Part shown: piece by piece, positions 10,585 to 19,390 of the stretch
How positions within the stretch are numbered: position 1 is the stretch's first letter
How the letters are laid out: the number at the start of each line of letters is the position of its first letter
Assembly (NCBI GenBank): GCA_045600585.1
Contig: JAZRYE010000018.1
Coordinates: 21,122-85,121, forward strand
Length of the DNA stretch: 64,000 nucleotides
Direction of reading: 5' to 3'
From: Bacilli bacterium
GTDB taxonomy: Bacteria > Bacillota_I > Bacilli_A > RFN20 > CAG-826
The notes under the pieces: generated by a model
Database searches by the model: none
What the model was told of the DNA's origin: nothing
What the model saw: only the letters and a program-made list of their open reading frames with translations
Position numbers and translations under genes: made by a program

Positions 10585-12074
10585 TGAAAAAAGGTACAAA
10601 ACTATTTTTAGGGGGTTTTGCTCTATTACTAGGTGCTGCTGTTTTAACAGGTTGTACTCAATCATTCTGTTCTACCAACGATAAAGCTAATATGCTTTAT
10701 GCGTTTGATGGAGGCATTACTGCATATTATGCAGCTGATGATGCGAATAAACCTGCAGAAGCTGAAACCTTAGATGGTTTTGACAATATTTATATTACTT
10801 ATAGCATTGACAATTCACCTAAATTAAAGGAAATTCACTCAAATGCATTAGGAAATAATATTGCATGTCCAACTGAAACATATTGGAAAACATTTGATGT
10901 CGTTGTTTTAAAACACGCTTTAGCTGGCGAATATAACAAGACATTAACTAGTTATTCTGATGTTACTGTTGACCAAGTTGCAACCGCTCTTAAAGAATTT
11001 GGCTATTTCAAATTTACAGATTCTAATCCTGATCACGTTAAAGAAAAGCAAAAGAAACTTTGGGCTAACTGGGATTTATACGATCAAGAAGTCAGAAGCT
11101 TAGTTGCTATTGATAACTGTCCTTCTAAAGACTTTGTTACTTTGTATCAAAGAACAATGAACCAAAATATTGCAGCATACCGTTCATGTCTTGCAATCAC
11201 CAAAGGTGACTATGGATATTACAATGGTAAACCTGTAACCATGGAAGCTAAATCATATAAATATGGTTGGCAAAAGGGTTTATTTGAAGGCTTATTAATT
11301 TGGCCTATCGGCGCTTTAACTGACGCTATTGTTGGTGGGTTAACAACACCAAAATTGTCAATTGAATCTGGCGTTCCACAAATACTTGCTATTTTGATTG
11401 TTACAGTTATTGTTAGAGGCTTAATGCTAGCAGTAACAATGAAGCAAACAACAGCTAATGCTAAAATGCAAGGTTTACAACCTGAAATTGCTAAAATTCA
11501 AGCCAAATACCCTAACGCCAATACTAATCAATATGAAAAGCAAAGAATGGCGGAAGAAACATCTAAACTTTATAAAAAACACAAAATTAATCCATTGTCT
11601 TCATTACTTGTAATGATTGTTCAATTCCCTGTATTTATTTGCGTATGGGGTGCATTACAAGGATCTGCTGCTTTATCATCAGGCACATTCTTAGGATTAA
11701 GATTAAGTGATACTATCAGCTCAATGCTTTTTAATAAAGCAAATTGGGCTAGTGCTACATTTAATAGAGGCGTTATCACTGCATTGGTCTTATTCGTATT
11801 AATGTCTGCAGTTCAAACCGTTGCAATGCTTTTACCACAATGGATTCAAAAATCAAAAGCAAAGAAAATTGCTAAATTAGGTCGTAACCCTGCTAAGAAA
11901 GATCAAGATAACAAGATGAAATGGTTCACATACATCATGTTAGCAATGATTATCTTCATGGGCTTCTCCCTCGCATCCGCAATGGGTGTTTATTGGTTAG
12001 TTGGCGCTTTATTCTCAATTGCACAAACATTGATTACTGAAGCAGTCAATTCCAAAAAAGCAAAGAAAAAATAA
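10584..12074 (+). CDS. yidC: membrane protein insertase YidC, a lipoprotein with an extended N-terminal ectodomain
   Basis: 496 aa. Lipobox LTGC. The conserved YidC core starts at about aa 230 (PIGALTD..., KMQGLQPEI..IQAKY, NPLSS..P..IQ.PVF). Basic C-terminal tail. TAATG overlap with rnpA. Confidence 0.9.
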   Translation: MKKGTKLFLGGFALLLGAAVLTGCTQSFCSTNDKANMLYAFDGGITAYYAADDANKPAEAETLDGFDNIYITYSIDNSPKLKEIHSNALGNNIACPTETYWKTFDVVVLKHALAGEYNKTLTSYSDVTVDQVATALKEFGYFKFTDSNPDHVKEKQKKLWANWDLYDQEVRSLVAIDNCPSKDFVTLYQRTMNQNIAAYRSCLAITKGDYGYYNGKPVTMEAKSYKYGWQKGLFEGLLIWPIGALTDAIVGGLTTPKLSIESGVPQILAILIVTVIVRGLMLAVTMKQTTANAKMQGLQPEIAKIQAKYPNANTNQYEKQRMAEETSKLYKKHKINPLSSLLVMIVQFPVFICVWGALQGSAALSSGTFLGLRLSDTISSMLFNKANWASATFNRGVITALVLFVLMSAVQTVAMLLPQWIQKSKAKKIAKLGRNPAKKDQDNKMKWFTYIMLAMIIFMGFSLASAMGVYWLVGALFSIAQTLITEAVNSKKAKKK

Positions 12075-12091
12075 GAAAGGAAAGATGCTAC

Positions 12092-12691
12092 ATGAAAACT
12101 TACTTAGGTAAAACAGCTGAAGAAGCGTTACAACTTGCTTCCGAAGAAATCGGAACCCCAGTAAATGAACTTGTCTACGTCGTTTCTGATAAAAAGAAAG
12201 GTCTCTTTACTAAAAAAGTGGTTGTAGAGATCTATGAGTTACCAGATATTATTCAATACGCTGAAGATTATTTATTAAGTGTTATTGATGCTTTAGAAAT
12301 TGAAAGTTCTGTTAATACAAGACTTGATGATGAAATCATCAGAATTACAATTGATTCAACACATAATCCTGTCTTGATTGGTAAGAATGGTAAAACATTA
12401 CAAGCATTAAACGAATTAGTTAAACTTGCTGTATCTAATCATTTCCATAAGAGATTTAGAATTCTCTTAGACGTAAACGGATACAAAGATAACAAATATT
12501 CACGCTTATCTAGAATTGCTCGTAGATGCGCACATGATGTTCAAAAAACAAAAACAACTTATACATTTGAACCAATGTCTGCAGATGAAAGAAGAGTTGT
12601 TCATAACTCTTGCAGCGGAATGCCACATATCCGTACTGAATCAACTGGTGAAGGAACACACCGTCAAGTACAAATTATTTACGTTGATTAA
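12092..12691 (+). CDS. jag: Jag/KhpB RNA-binding protein (KH + R3H)
   Basis: 199 aa. VLIGKNGKTLQALNELV (KH) and SADERRVVHN (R3H). Conserved yidC-jag-mnmE order. Confidence 0.85.
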   Translation: MKTYLGKTAEEALQLASEEIGTPVNELVYVVSDKKKGLFTKKVVVEIYELPDIIQYAEDYLLSVIDALEIESSVNTRLDDEIIRITIDSTHNPVLIGKNGKTLQALNELVKLAVSNHFHKRFRILLDVNGYKDNKYSRLSRIARRCAHDVQKTKTTYTFEPMSADERRVVHNSCSGMPHIRTESTGEGTHRQVQIIYVD

Positions 12692-12704
12692 TTAAGAATA
12701 TATA

Positions 12705-12727
12705 AAGGCACCCGCTTGGGTGCTTTT
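12705..12727 (+). terminator. intrinsic terminator after jag
   Basis: gcaccc-gctt-gggtgc stem-loop followed by tttta. Confidence 0.6.
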
Positions 12728-12748
12728 ATATATAAAAGGAAATATGTT

Positions 12749-14077
12749 ATGTTTGAAACAATAGTCGCATTAGCAACACCACCAATGAAATCAGCTTTAG
12801 CCATCGTCAGAGTATCTGGAGATGATTGCTTTTCTATTGTTTCTAAATGTTTTACTAAAAACCTTAATAATTTAACCGAAAGAACCGCTTTCGTTGGTTC
12901 TATTATAGATAATGGAGAAAAGGTTGATGATGTTGTTTTAGTAGCTTATAAAGGCCCAAAATCATTTACAGGTGAAGACTCATTAGAGATCATTTGTCAT
13001 GGTTCTGTATTAATCGCAAATCAAATTATTGAAGTACTTATTAAAAACGGCGCTAGATTAGCTACTAACGGAGAATATTCTTCAAGAGCTTTCTTACATA
13101 ACAAAATCGACTTGATTCAAGCTGAGGCGATTAACGATACAATTAACGCTACAACTAGAGAAGCGAAGAATCTATCTTTACTATCTGTTTCAGGCCAAAC
13201 CTCAGATCTTATTAAACCAATTAAGACAAAAATTGCAGATATTATTTCATTGATAGAAGTCAATATAGACTTTCCGGAGTATGAAGATATAGAAGTCGCA
13301 AATAAAGATAAAATCATTAGTTCTACTAATGAAATAGTATCTCTTATCGATAATTTAATTGATAATGGTGAAAAAGCAAAGATTATTCGTGATGGAGTAA
13401 AAGTTGCTATTGTCGGTAAACCAAATGTTGGAAAATCATCTCTTTTAAACGCTTTAACTGGCGAAGATAAAGCTATTGTTACTGACATCGCAGGAACAAC
13501 TAGAGACATTGTTGAAGGCGATGTTAATTTAAAAGGCATTAGACTCCATTTATTGGACACTGCTGGGATTAGGAAAGTTGATGATAAAGTAGAGGCTATC
13601 GGCGTAGAAAAAGCCCGTAAAACCATTGAAGATGCTGACCTTGTTTTAGTTGTCCTTGATGGAACTAGAAAACTTGATAATGAAGATCAAGAAATTCTTA
13701 ATGCTACAAAAGGATTAAATAGAATTATTGTTCATAATAAAAATGACATTACTAAAGAAAGTGATACAGAAAATGTTTATACTTCTGCTCTAACAGGTGA
13801 TGTTGAACAATTAACAGCAGCAATTTTCAAGAATTTGGTAGTTGATGAAGAAGCATTTAAACAACCAGCTTTGAATAATGCTAGACAACTTGGCTTATTA
13901 AAGCATGCAAAAGAAGCTCTTTTAAAAGCAAAACAAGATGCTGAATATGATTTAACGGTCGATCTTATCTCTGTTTCTCTATTAGATGCCTTTAATGCTG
14001 TATTAGAAATCACCGGAGAAGCTAATCAATTAGATTTATCTAAAGAAATATTCTCCCGTTTTTGTGTTGGAAAATAA
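12749..14077 (+). CDS. mnmE: tRNA modification GTPase MnmE
   Basis: Start moved from the TTG at 12716, which lies inside the jag terminator, to the ATG at 12749 (MFETIVALATPP) with an AAAGGA RBS. Motifs GKPNVGKSSLLNAL and DTAGIR, with the C-terminal FCVGK motif. Confidence 0.93.
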   Translation: MFETIVALATPPMKSALAIVRVSGDDCFSIVSKCFTKNLNNLTERTAFVGSIIDNGEKVDDVVLVAYKGPKSFTGEDSLEIICHGSVLIANQIIEVLIKNGARLATNGEYSSRAFLHNKIDLIQAEAINDTINATTREAKNLSLLSVSGQTSDLIKPIKTKIADIISLIEVNIDFPEYEDIEVANKDKIISSTNEIVSLIDNLIDNGEKAKIIRDGVKVAIVGKPNVGKSSLLNALTGEDKAIVTDIAGTTRDIVEGDVNLKGIRLHLLDTAGIRKVDDKVEAIGVEKARKTIEDADLVLVVLDGTRKLDNEDQEILNATKGLNRIIVHNKNDITKESDTENVYTSALTGDVEQLTAAIFKNLVVDEEAFKQPALNNARQLGLLKHAKEALLKAKQDAEYDLTVDLISVSLLDAFNAVLEITGEANQLDLSKEIFSRFCVGK

Positions 14078-14080
14078 ATT

Positions 14081-14857
14081 ATGATTTTTGATACTCATTG
14101 TCATTTAAATTCTGAAGATTTATACAAAGATATAGATAATATTTTGCTAAAAGCAAAAGAAGTTGGAGTAACTAAAATTCTTGTTCCAGGATGGGATAAG
14201 GAAAGCTCTCTTTTAGCTATTAAAATTGCTAATAGCTATGATGGTGTTTATGCCGCTATTGGTTTTCATCCAACCGAAGTATATGAATTAACTGAAAAAG
14301 ATTTTCTTTCAGTAATGAAAAATATTAATAATCCAAAGGTTGTTGCTGTTGGCGAGATTGGCTTGGATTATCATTGGTGTGATGATCTTAATTTAAGAGA
14401 AAAACAAAAAGAATGGTTTATAAGGCAAATTGAATTTGCAAATCAGTATAATAAGCCAATCATCATTCACAATAGAGATGCTTTTGAAGACACTCTAAAT
14501 ATATTAAAAGAGCATAAACCATTACATTCCGGAACCATGCATTGTTATTCTGGAAGTGTTGAATTGCTTAGAGATGTAATTAACCTAGGTTTATATATTG
14601 GATTAGATGGCCCAGTCACTTATAAAAATGCTAAAACACCTAAAAATGTAGCTAAGGTTGTTGATATAGATAAATTACTTTTAGAGACTGATTCACCATT
14701 TCTTGCTCCTCACCCATTAAGAGGAACGATTAATGTACCAGCAAACCTATATCTAATCGCGGATGAAATATCAAATCAGAAAGAAATATTAACTGATAGA
14801 ATTATTGATGCTACATACAATAATGCTTGTAGATTATTTGGTATAAAAGATGAGTAA
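14081..14857 (+). CDS. tatD: TatD-family metal-dependent DNase/hydrolase
   Basis: 258 aa. MIFDTHCHLN, GEIGLDYHW and ETDSPFLAP motifs. Confidence 0.9.
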   Translation: MIFDTHCHLNSEDLYKDIDNILLKAKEVGVTKILVPGWDKESSLLAIKIANSYDGVYAAIGFHPTEVYELTEKDFLSVMKNINNPKVVAVGEIGLDYHWCDDLNLREKQKEWFIRQIEFANQYNKPIIIHNRDAFEDTLNILKEHKPLHSGTMHCYSGSVELLRDVINLGLYIGLDGPVTYKNAKTPKNVAKVVDIDKLLLETDSPFLAPHPLRGTINVPANLYLIADEISNQKEILTDRIIDATYNNACRLFGIKDE

Positions 14858-15383
14858 TTATATTAATGGAATATTAGTAGTAGAAGGCAGTAATGATGCT
14901 TCTTTAATATCTTCAGTTATAGATTGCGAAATTGTTGTCACGAATGGTTTTGAGTTGGATAATCAAACTGTTAATTACCTTAAAACACAATCTAAATATA
15001 AAACAATATATGTATTAACTGATCCAGATTTAGCTGGAGAACAAATAAGAAATAAATTACATCAAAATATACAAAATATAGTTGATGTATATGTCAATCG
15101 CAATAAATGCAACAAACACAATAAACATGGTGTTGCTGAATGTACAATTGAAGAAATTAATCGTGCATTATCCCCTTATTTTTCGCAAAAGCCGGACATT
15201 TTATACGAAATTAGTATTTTGGATTTGTATAAATTAAAGCTAATTGGTGATGGCTCAGAGAAGAATAGAATAAAGATTGCAACTAAACTAAATTTAGGAA
15301 AATGCAATGGTAAGAAATTACTTGAAAGACTTAATTCATTAGGAATAAATGTAGAGACTATTGAAAAGATATTGGAGGCTTAA
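14850..15383 (+). CDS. rnmV: ribonuclease M5 (Toprim)
   Basis: 177 aa. ILVVEGSNDA and LTDPDLAGEQIR Toprim motifs. Canonical tatD-rnmV-rsmA order, with an 8-nt overlap with tatD. Confidence 0.85.
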   Translation: MSNYINGILVVEGSNDASLISSVIDCEIVVTNGFELDNQTVNYLKTQSKYKTIYVLTDPDLAGEQIRNKLHQNIQNIVDVYVNRNKCNKHNKHGVAECTIEEINRALSPYFSQKPDILYEISILDLYKLKLIGDGSEKNRIKIATKLNLGKCNGKKLLERLNSLGINVETIEKILEA

Positions 15384-15387
15384 ATAA

Positions 15388-16194
15388 ATGGAAATCACAA
15401 GAACAAATGTTAATGAAATTGTTGAAAAATGTGGTCTTAAACCAGATAAAGATTATGGCCAAAATTATTTAATTGATCTAGTTATCTCAAAACAAATTGT
15501 TGATGCTTTAGAAATTAAAGATAATGACAAAGTATTAGAGGTTGGTCCCGGTATTGGAAGCCTTACTCATTTTATTCTTTTAAATAATGCTGAGTATACC
15601 GCTGTTGATATTGATTCACGTATGACAGACTTTCTTAAAATCCCTTATAAAGATAAGATTTATGAGTTAATAAATGATGATATTAGAAAAGTAGATGTTC
15701 AAAAATATACAAAAATTATTTCTAACCTACCGTACAATATTACAACAGAAGCAGTTTTATATTTAGTTCTCAATGGAATTAACTGCACTCGTTTTGTTTT
15801 GATGTGCCAAAGTGAAGCTTTTGGACGTTTTAATGATGTTAATGGAAAAGAATATGGTCCTGTTTCTATTCTCATTCATTTATTAGGTTATATTAAGAGA
15901 GTTTTAACTGTTAAACCAGGATCTTTTTATCCATCTCCAAAATGTTCTTCAACCGTATTTTATATCAATATTACAAACAATATTTTAAGAGAAAAGATTG
16001 TTAAAACCTATAACATCGCTAAGCAACTATTTTTAAATAGAAGAAAAACAATTTACAACAATTTACAACAATATTTAGGCGATAAAGATAAGGCATTAAA
16101 AGTTTTGGAAACTTTAAATACATCACCACTAAAACGCCCTGAAGAATTATCCCCATCTTTCTACTATTCATTAATGGAACTTCTAAATAAGTAG
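15388..16194 (+). CDS. rsmA: 16S rRNA (adenine1518/1519-N6)-dimethyltransferase
   Basis: 268 aa. YGQNYLID, VLEVGPGIGSLT and SNLPYNITT motifs. Confidence 0.93.
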   Translation: MEITRTNVNEIVEKCGLKPDKDYGQNYLIDLVISKQIVDALEIKDNDKVLEVGPGIGSLTHFILLNNAEYTAVDIDSRMTDFLKIPYKDKIYELINDDIRKVDVQKYTKIISNLPYNITTEAVLYLVLNGINCTRFVLMCQSEAFGRFNDVNGKEYGPVSILIHLLGYIKRVLTVKPGSFYPSPKCSSTVFYINITNNILREKIVKTYNIAKQLFLNRRKTIYNNLQQYLGDKDKALKVLETLNTSPLKRPEELSPSFYYSLMELLNK

Positions 16195-16250
16195 TTCCAA
16201 ATCTAAATGTCGATTTGTTATATACATAAATTATATGTATAATGATTTAT

Positions 16251-17108
16251 ATGAAAAACTTACTATTAAAAAGTTATGCAAAGATTAATCTTTGCCTCAA
16301 TATTAAATATAATCGTGATGATGGCTATCATGAACTTGATATGGTCATGGTTCCTGTTGAATTACACGACTCTATTCTTATGAGCGAAGTGAAAAAAGGA
16401 CCAGATAACTATGTTACAGTTGATGATTTTTCTCTTGGCGCAATTAACTACAATTTAGCTACTCTCGCTATCGATATGATGGCGGCTAAATACAAATTTA
16501 ATAATAAATTTAGAGTTTTTATTCATAAAGTTATTCCTATTAAAGCTGGTATGGGTGGCGGTTCATCTAATGCTGCTTTTGCTATGAAAGGTGTTAATAA
16601 ATACCTTAAATTAAAAGTTTCTGATGAAGAGTTAATGGAAATTGCAGCACCTTTAGGTGCAGATATTCCTTTCTTTATTAAGTGTCAACCTTCTAGATGC
16701 CAAGGTGTTGGAGAAAAACTTGAACCTATTTTTATAAAAAATAACTATTACGTTTTAATCGTTAAACCAAAACAAGGTTGCTCAACCAAGGATGTTTTCA
16801 AATGTTTTGATAGCAAACCTCAATTTAACTTTGGAAATGTTGATGATGTTATTAAAGCTTTAGCAGAAGGTGATGATGAATTACTTGCTAAATCAATGTT
16901 TAATACACTTCAACCATACGCAATTCAACTTGTTCCTGAAATCCAAACGATTATCGATTTACTTCATAATGAAGGATTGAATATGGTTCAAATGAGTGGA
17001 TCTGGTTCAGCGGTTTTTGCTCTTTCTACGGATAAGAAAAAGTTGAAAAATATCTTAAGGCGTTTAGAAGACACATATGAGGTCGAATTAACAAAGATTA
17101 TTAAGTAG
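16251..17108 (+). CDS. ispE: 4-diphosphocytidyl-2C-methyl-D-erythritol kinase-like GHMP kinase
   Basis: KINLCLNI and PIKAGMGGGSSNAA motifs. The ATG at 16251 is preferred over 16242, because 16242 lies inside the TATAAT at 16238..16243. Confidence 0.8.
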   Translation: MKNLLLKSYAKINLCLNIKYNRDDGYHELDMVMVPVELHDSILMSEVKKGPDNYVTVDDFSLGAINYNLATLAIDMMAAKYKFNNKFRVFIHKVIPIKAGMGGGSSNAAFAMKGVNKYLKLKVSDEELMEIAAPLGADIPFFIKCQPSRCQGVGEKLEPIFIKNNYYVLIVKPKQGCSTKDVFKCFDSKPQFNFGNVDDVIKALAEGDDELLAKSMFNTLQPYAIQLVPEIQTIIDLLHNEGLNMVQMSGSGSAVFALSTDKKKLKNILRRLEDTYEVELTKIIK

Positions 17109-17119
17109 GAGAAAAGCAA

Positions 17120-18124
17120 ATGAATCGTTATGCAATTGTATTAGCGGCCGGTAAAGGCTCTAGAATGAAAACTATCGATCCAAACCGTTCAAAGGTTTCA
17201 TATCCTATTCTTGGAAAAGCTATTGTTAATTATGTTTTAGATGCTGTTGAACCACTAAATGTTAATGAAATAGTTACAATTGTTGGTTATGGTGGTGAAG
17301 TAACTAAATCGTTAGTTGAATCAAGAAGCAAAATTGCTTGGCAAAAAGAAACACATGGTACAGGCCACGCTGTTATGCAAGCAAGTGAATATTTAAAAGA
17401 TAAAGAAGGTGAAACTCTTATTCTTTATGGAGATACGCCTTTAATCACTACAAGTATGCTTGAATCTGCTTTTAAAAAGCATGAGAAATCTGGTAATTCA
17501 CTTACTTTTGTAAGTGCTGTATTGGAAAACCCAACAGGATATGGTCGTGTTATTCGTCAATACAAAACAAACAAAATCTTAGCTATTAGAGAAGATAAGG
17601 ATTGTAATGATGATGAAAAGAGATTAAATGAAGTCAATTCTGGAATTTATATCTTTGATAACAAGAAATTATTTGAATATATAAATAAATTAACTAGAGA
17701 TAACGCTCAGCATGAATACTATTTAACAGATTTAGTTGAGATGTTTGTAAATGATAATTTAAAAGTGGATAGTTATGTTACAATCGACCCTGTTTCAACC
17801 TATGGAGTCAATGATAGAAATCAACTTGCATATGCTTCCAAAATTATTAGAAAAAGAATCAATACTGAATTAATGCTTTCAGGTGTATCAATGGAAGATC
17901 CTGATACAACTTATATTTCACCAGACGCTGTTATTGAAAGAGATACGGTTATATGTCCTGGAACAACAATTTTAGGAAATTCAATTATTGGATCTGCAAA
18001 TCGAATAGGCCCTAATACTTATATTGAAAATTCTAAAATTGGTAACAATAATGCAATTATTAATGCTTATATAGTTAATAAAGAAATAGGAGATGGAGAG
18101 TACATTAACCCTCTTGATAAGTAA
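17120..18124 (+). CDS. GlmU-like sugar-1-phosphate nucleotidyltransferase with a shortened left-handed beta-helix
   Basis: 334 aa. IVLAAGKGSRMK and YGDTPL motifs. Only a few hexapeptide turns are present at the C-terminus, which ends about 120 aa short of a typical bifunctional GlmU. Confidence 0.75.
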   Translation: MNRYAIVLAAGKGSRMKTIDPNRSKVSYPILGKAIVNYVLDAVEPLNVNEIVTIVGYGGEVTKSLVESRSKIAWQKETHGTGHAVMQASEYLKDKEGETLILYGDTPLITTSMLESAFKKHEKSGNSLTFVSAVLENPTGYGRVIRQYKTNKILAIREDKDCNDDEKRLNEVNSGIYIFDNKKLFEYINKLTRDNAQHEYYLTDLVEMFVNDNLKVDSYVTIDPVSTYGVNDRNQLAYASKIIRKRINTELMLSGVSMEDPDTTYISPDAVIERDTVICPGTTILGNSIIGSANRIGPNTYIENSKIGNNNAIINAYIVNKEIGDGEYINPLDK

Positions 18125-18125
18125 T

Positions 18126-18377
18126 ATGTTAGTAATCGATTCATTTGGCAAAAACATTTATATAGATGAGGATTTAGTTGGATATATTGGAGAAAATTAT
18201 CTCTTTATTAAAGGCAAGAAATTTGCCAGTATTACTGATGATGGAATCATTTCTTTTGGTGAAAAGAAAATTGGATATGTAGATGATGATCAATCAATTA
18301 TTATAAATAATAAAGAAGTTGGTTATATTGATGGCGATGGTAACTTTGTATTTTATAAATCCCTCGCTAAATTTTAG
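18126..18377 (+). CDS. small (83 aa) four-repeat Gly/Asp-rich protein, function unknown
   Basis: The ATG at 18126 is 1 nt after the upstream stop (the track ORF starts at 18093). Four tandem repeats of the type K-x-(I/V)-G-Y-(I/V)-D-x-D-G-x-(I/F). Sits in an operon position between the GlmU-like gene and glcK. Confidence 0.5.
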   Translation: MLVIDSFGKNIYIDEDLVGYIGENYLFIKGKKFASITDDGIISFGEKKIGYVDDDQSIIINNKEVGYIDGDGNFVFYKSLAKF

Positions 18378-18388
18378 GAGAAACAATT

Positions 18389-19342
18389 ATGTTAACTATT
18401 GGTGTAGATATTGGTGGTACATCCATTAAAGGTGGCTATGTTACAGAAGAAGGTAATGTTTTAGATAAATTCTCTTTACCTATTATCAAAGGACAAACTG
18501 GTGAAGAAATTATTAATGCATTAGCAGATTTAATAAACGAATTTATTGCTGAAAGCGATATTGATAAGAAAAATATCAAAGGCATTGGAATTGGTTGCCC
18601 AGGTGCAATTGATTCTGAAAACGGTGTTGTTGATTATTCAAACAATTTAGGATGGGAAAACCTTCCTTTAGTTGAAATAATTAAAACAAAAACTGGTTTA
18701 CCAGTTAAAGTTTCTAATGACGCAAACGTCGCTACATTAGGCGAAGCAACATTTGGTGCCGGTAAGTTATATAAGAATATTATTATGCTAACTCTTGGAA
18801 CAGGTGTTGGTGGTGGCATTGTTATTAATAACAAGCTATACGAAGGCAATCAAAGTAAAGGTGCTGAATTAGGACATGCAACCGTCGTTATTGATGGAGA
18901 ACTTTGTACATGTGGTAGAAGAGGATGCTTAGAAGCATACGCGTCTGCAACTGCATTAATGAAACGCGGTAGATTAGTTGCTAATAAACATCCTGAATCA
19001 TTAATGTGGAAGATGGCGAATGGGGACGAATCTAAAATTGATGGTAAAGTCATTTTTGATTCTTGCAAAGAAAACGATCAGGCGGCAGTTGAAGTTGTTG
19101 ATTGGTATGTCAAATATTTAGGTGAAGGTATTTTAAATTACTGCAATATCTTTAGACCTGACGCTGTCATTCTCTCTGGTGGAGTTGCAAAGCAAGGCCT
19201 ATATTTAACAAATAAATTAACTAAATACTGCGCTGATAGGAATTATGGCTATAGTAGAACTCCAGAAGTCAAAATTTTAACAGGTGTATTAGGTTACGAT
19301 TCAGGCTTAATAGGAGCAGCTTGTTTAATTATTAACGACTAA
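18389..19342 (+). CDS. glcK: ROK-family glucokinase
   Basis: 317 aa. IGVDIGGTSIK and CTCGRRGCLEAYAS (ROK zinc motif). AGGAGA RBS. Confidence 0.88.
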   Translation: MLTIGVDIGGTSIKGGYVTEEGNVLDKFSLPIIKGQTGEEIINALADLINEFIAESDIDKKNIKGIGIGCPGAIDSENGVVDYSNNLGWENLPLVEIIKTKTGLPVKVSNDANVATLGEATFGAGKLYKNIIMLTLGTGVGGGIVINNKLYEGNQSKGAELGHATVVIDGELCTCGRRGCLEAYASATALMKRGRLVANKHPESLMWKMANGDESKIDGKVIFDSCKENDQAAVEVVDWYVKYLGEGILNYCNIFRPDAVILSGGVAKQGLYLTNKLTKYCADRNYGYSRTPEVKILTGVLGYDSGLIGAACLIIND

Positions 19343-19358
19343 TTTATAAGAGATAATT

Positions 19359-19390
19359 AAAAAGAACCAGGATTATTTTTGGTTCTTTTC
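19359..19390. terminator. bidirectional terminator between convergent genes
   Basis: aaagaacca ... tggttcttt stem, flanked by an A-tract on the left and a T-tract on the right. It abuts the stop of the minus-strand gene at 19391. Confidence 0.65.

Noticed and set aside
13117-13626. 169-aa minus-strand ORF
   Set aside because: It lies entirely inside mnmE, antisense to its G-domain, and no motifs are present.
18093-18377. The 94-aa ORF as the frameshifted missing C-terminus of GlmU (a pseudogene scenario)
   Set aside because: Its sequence has no hexapeptide (LbH) periodicity and none of the GlmU acetyltransferase motifs. It has its own four-fold repeat pattern.
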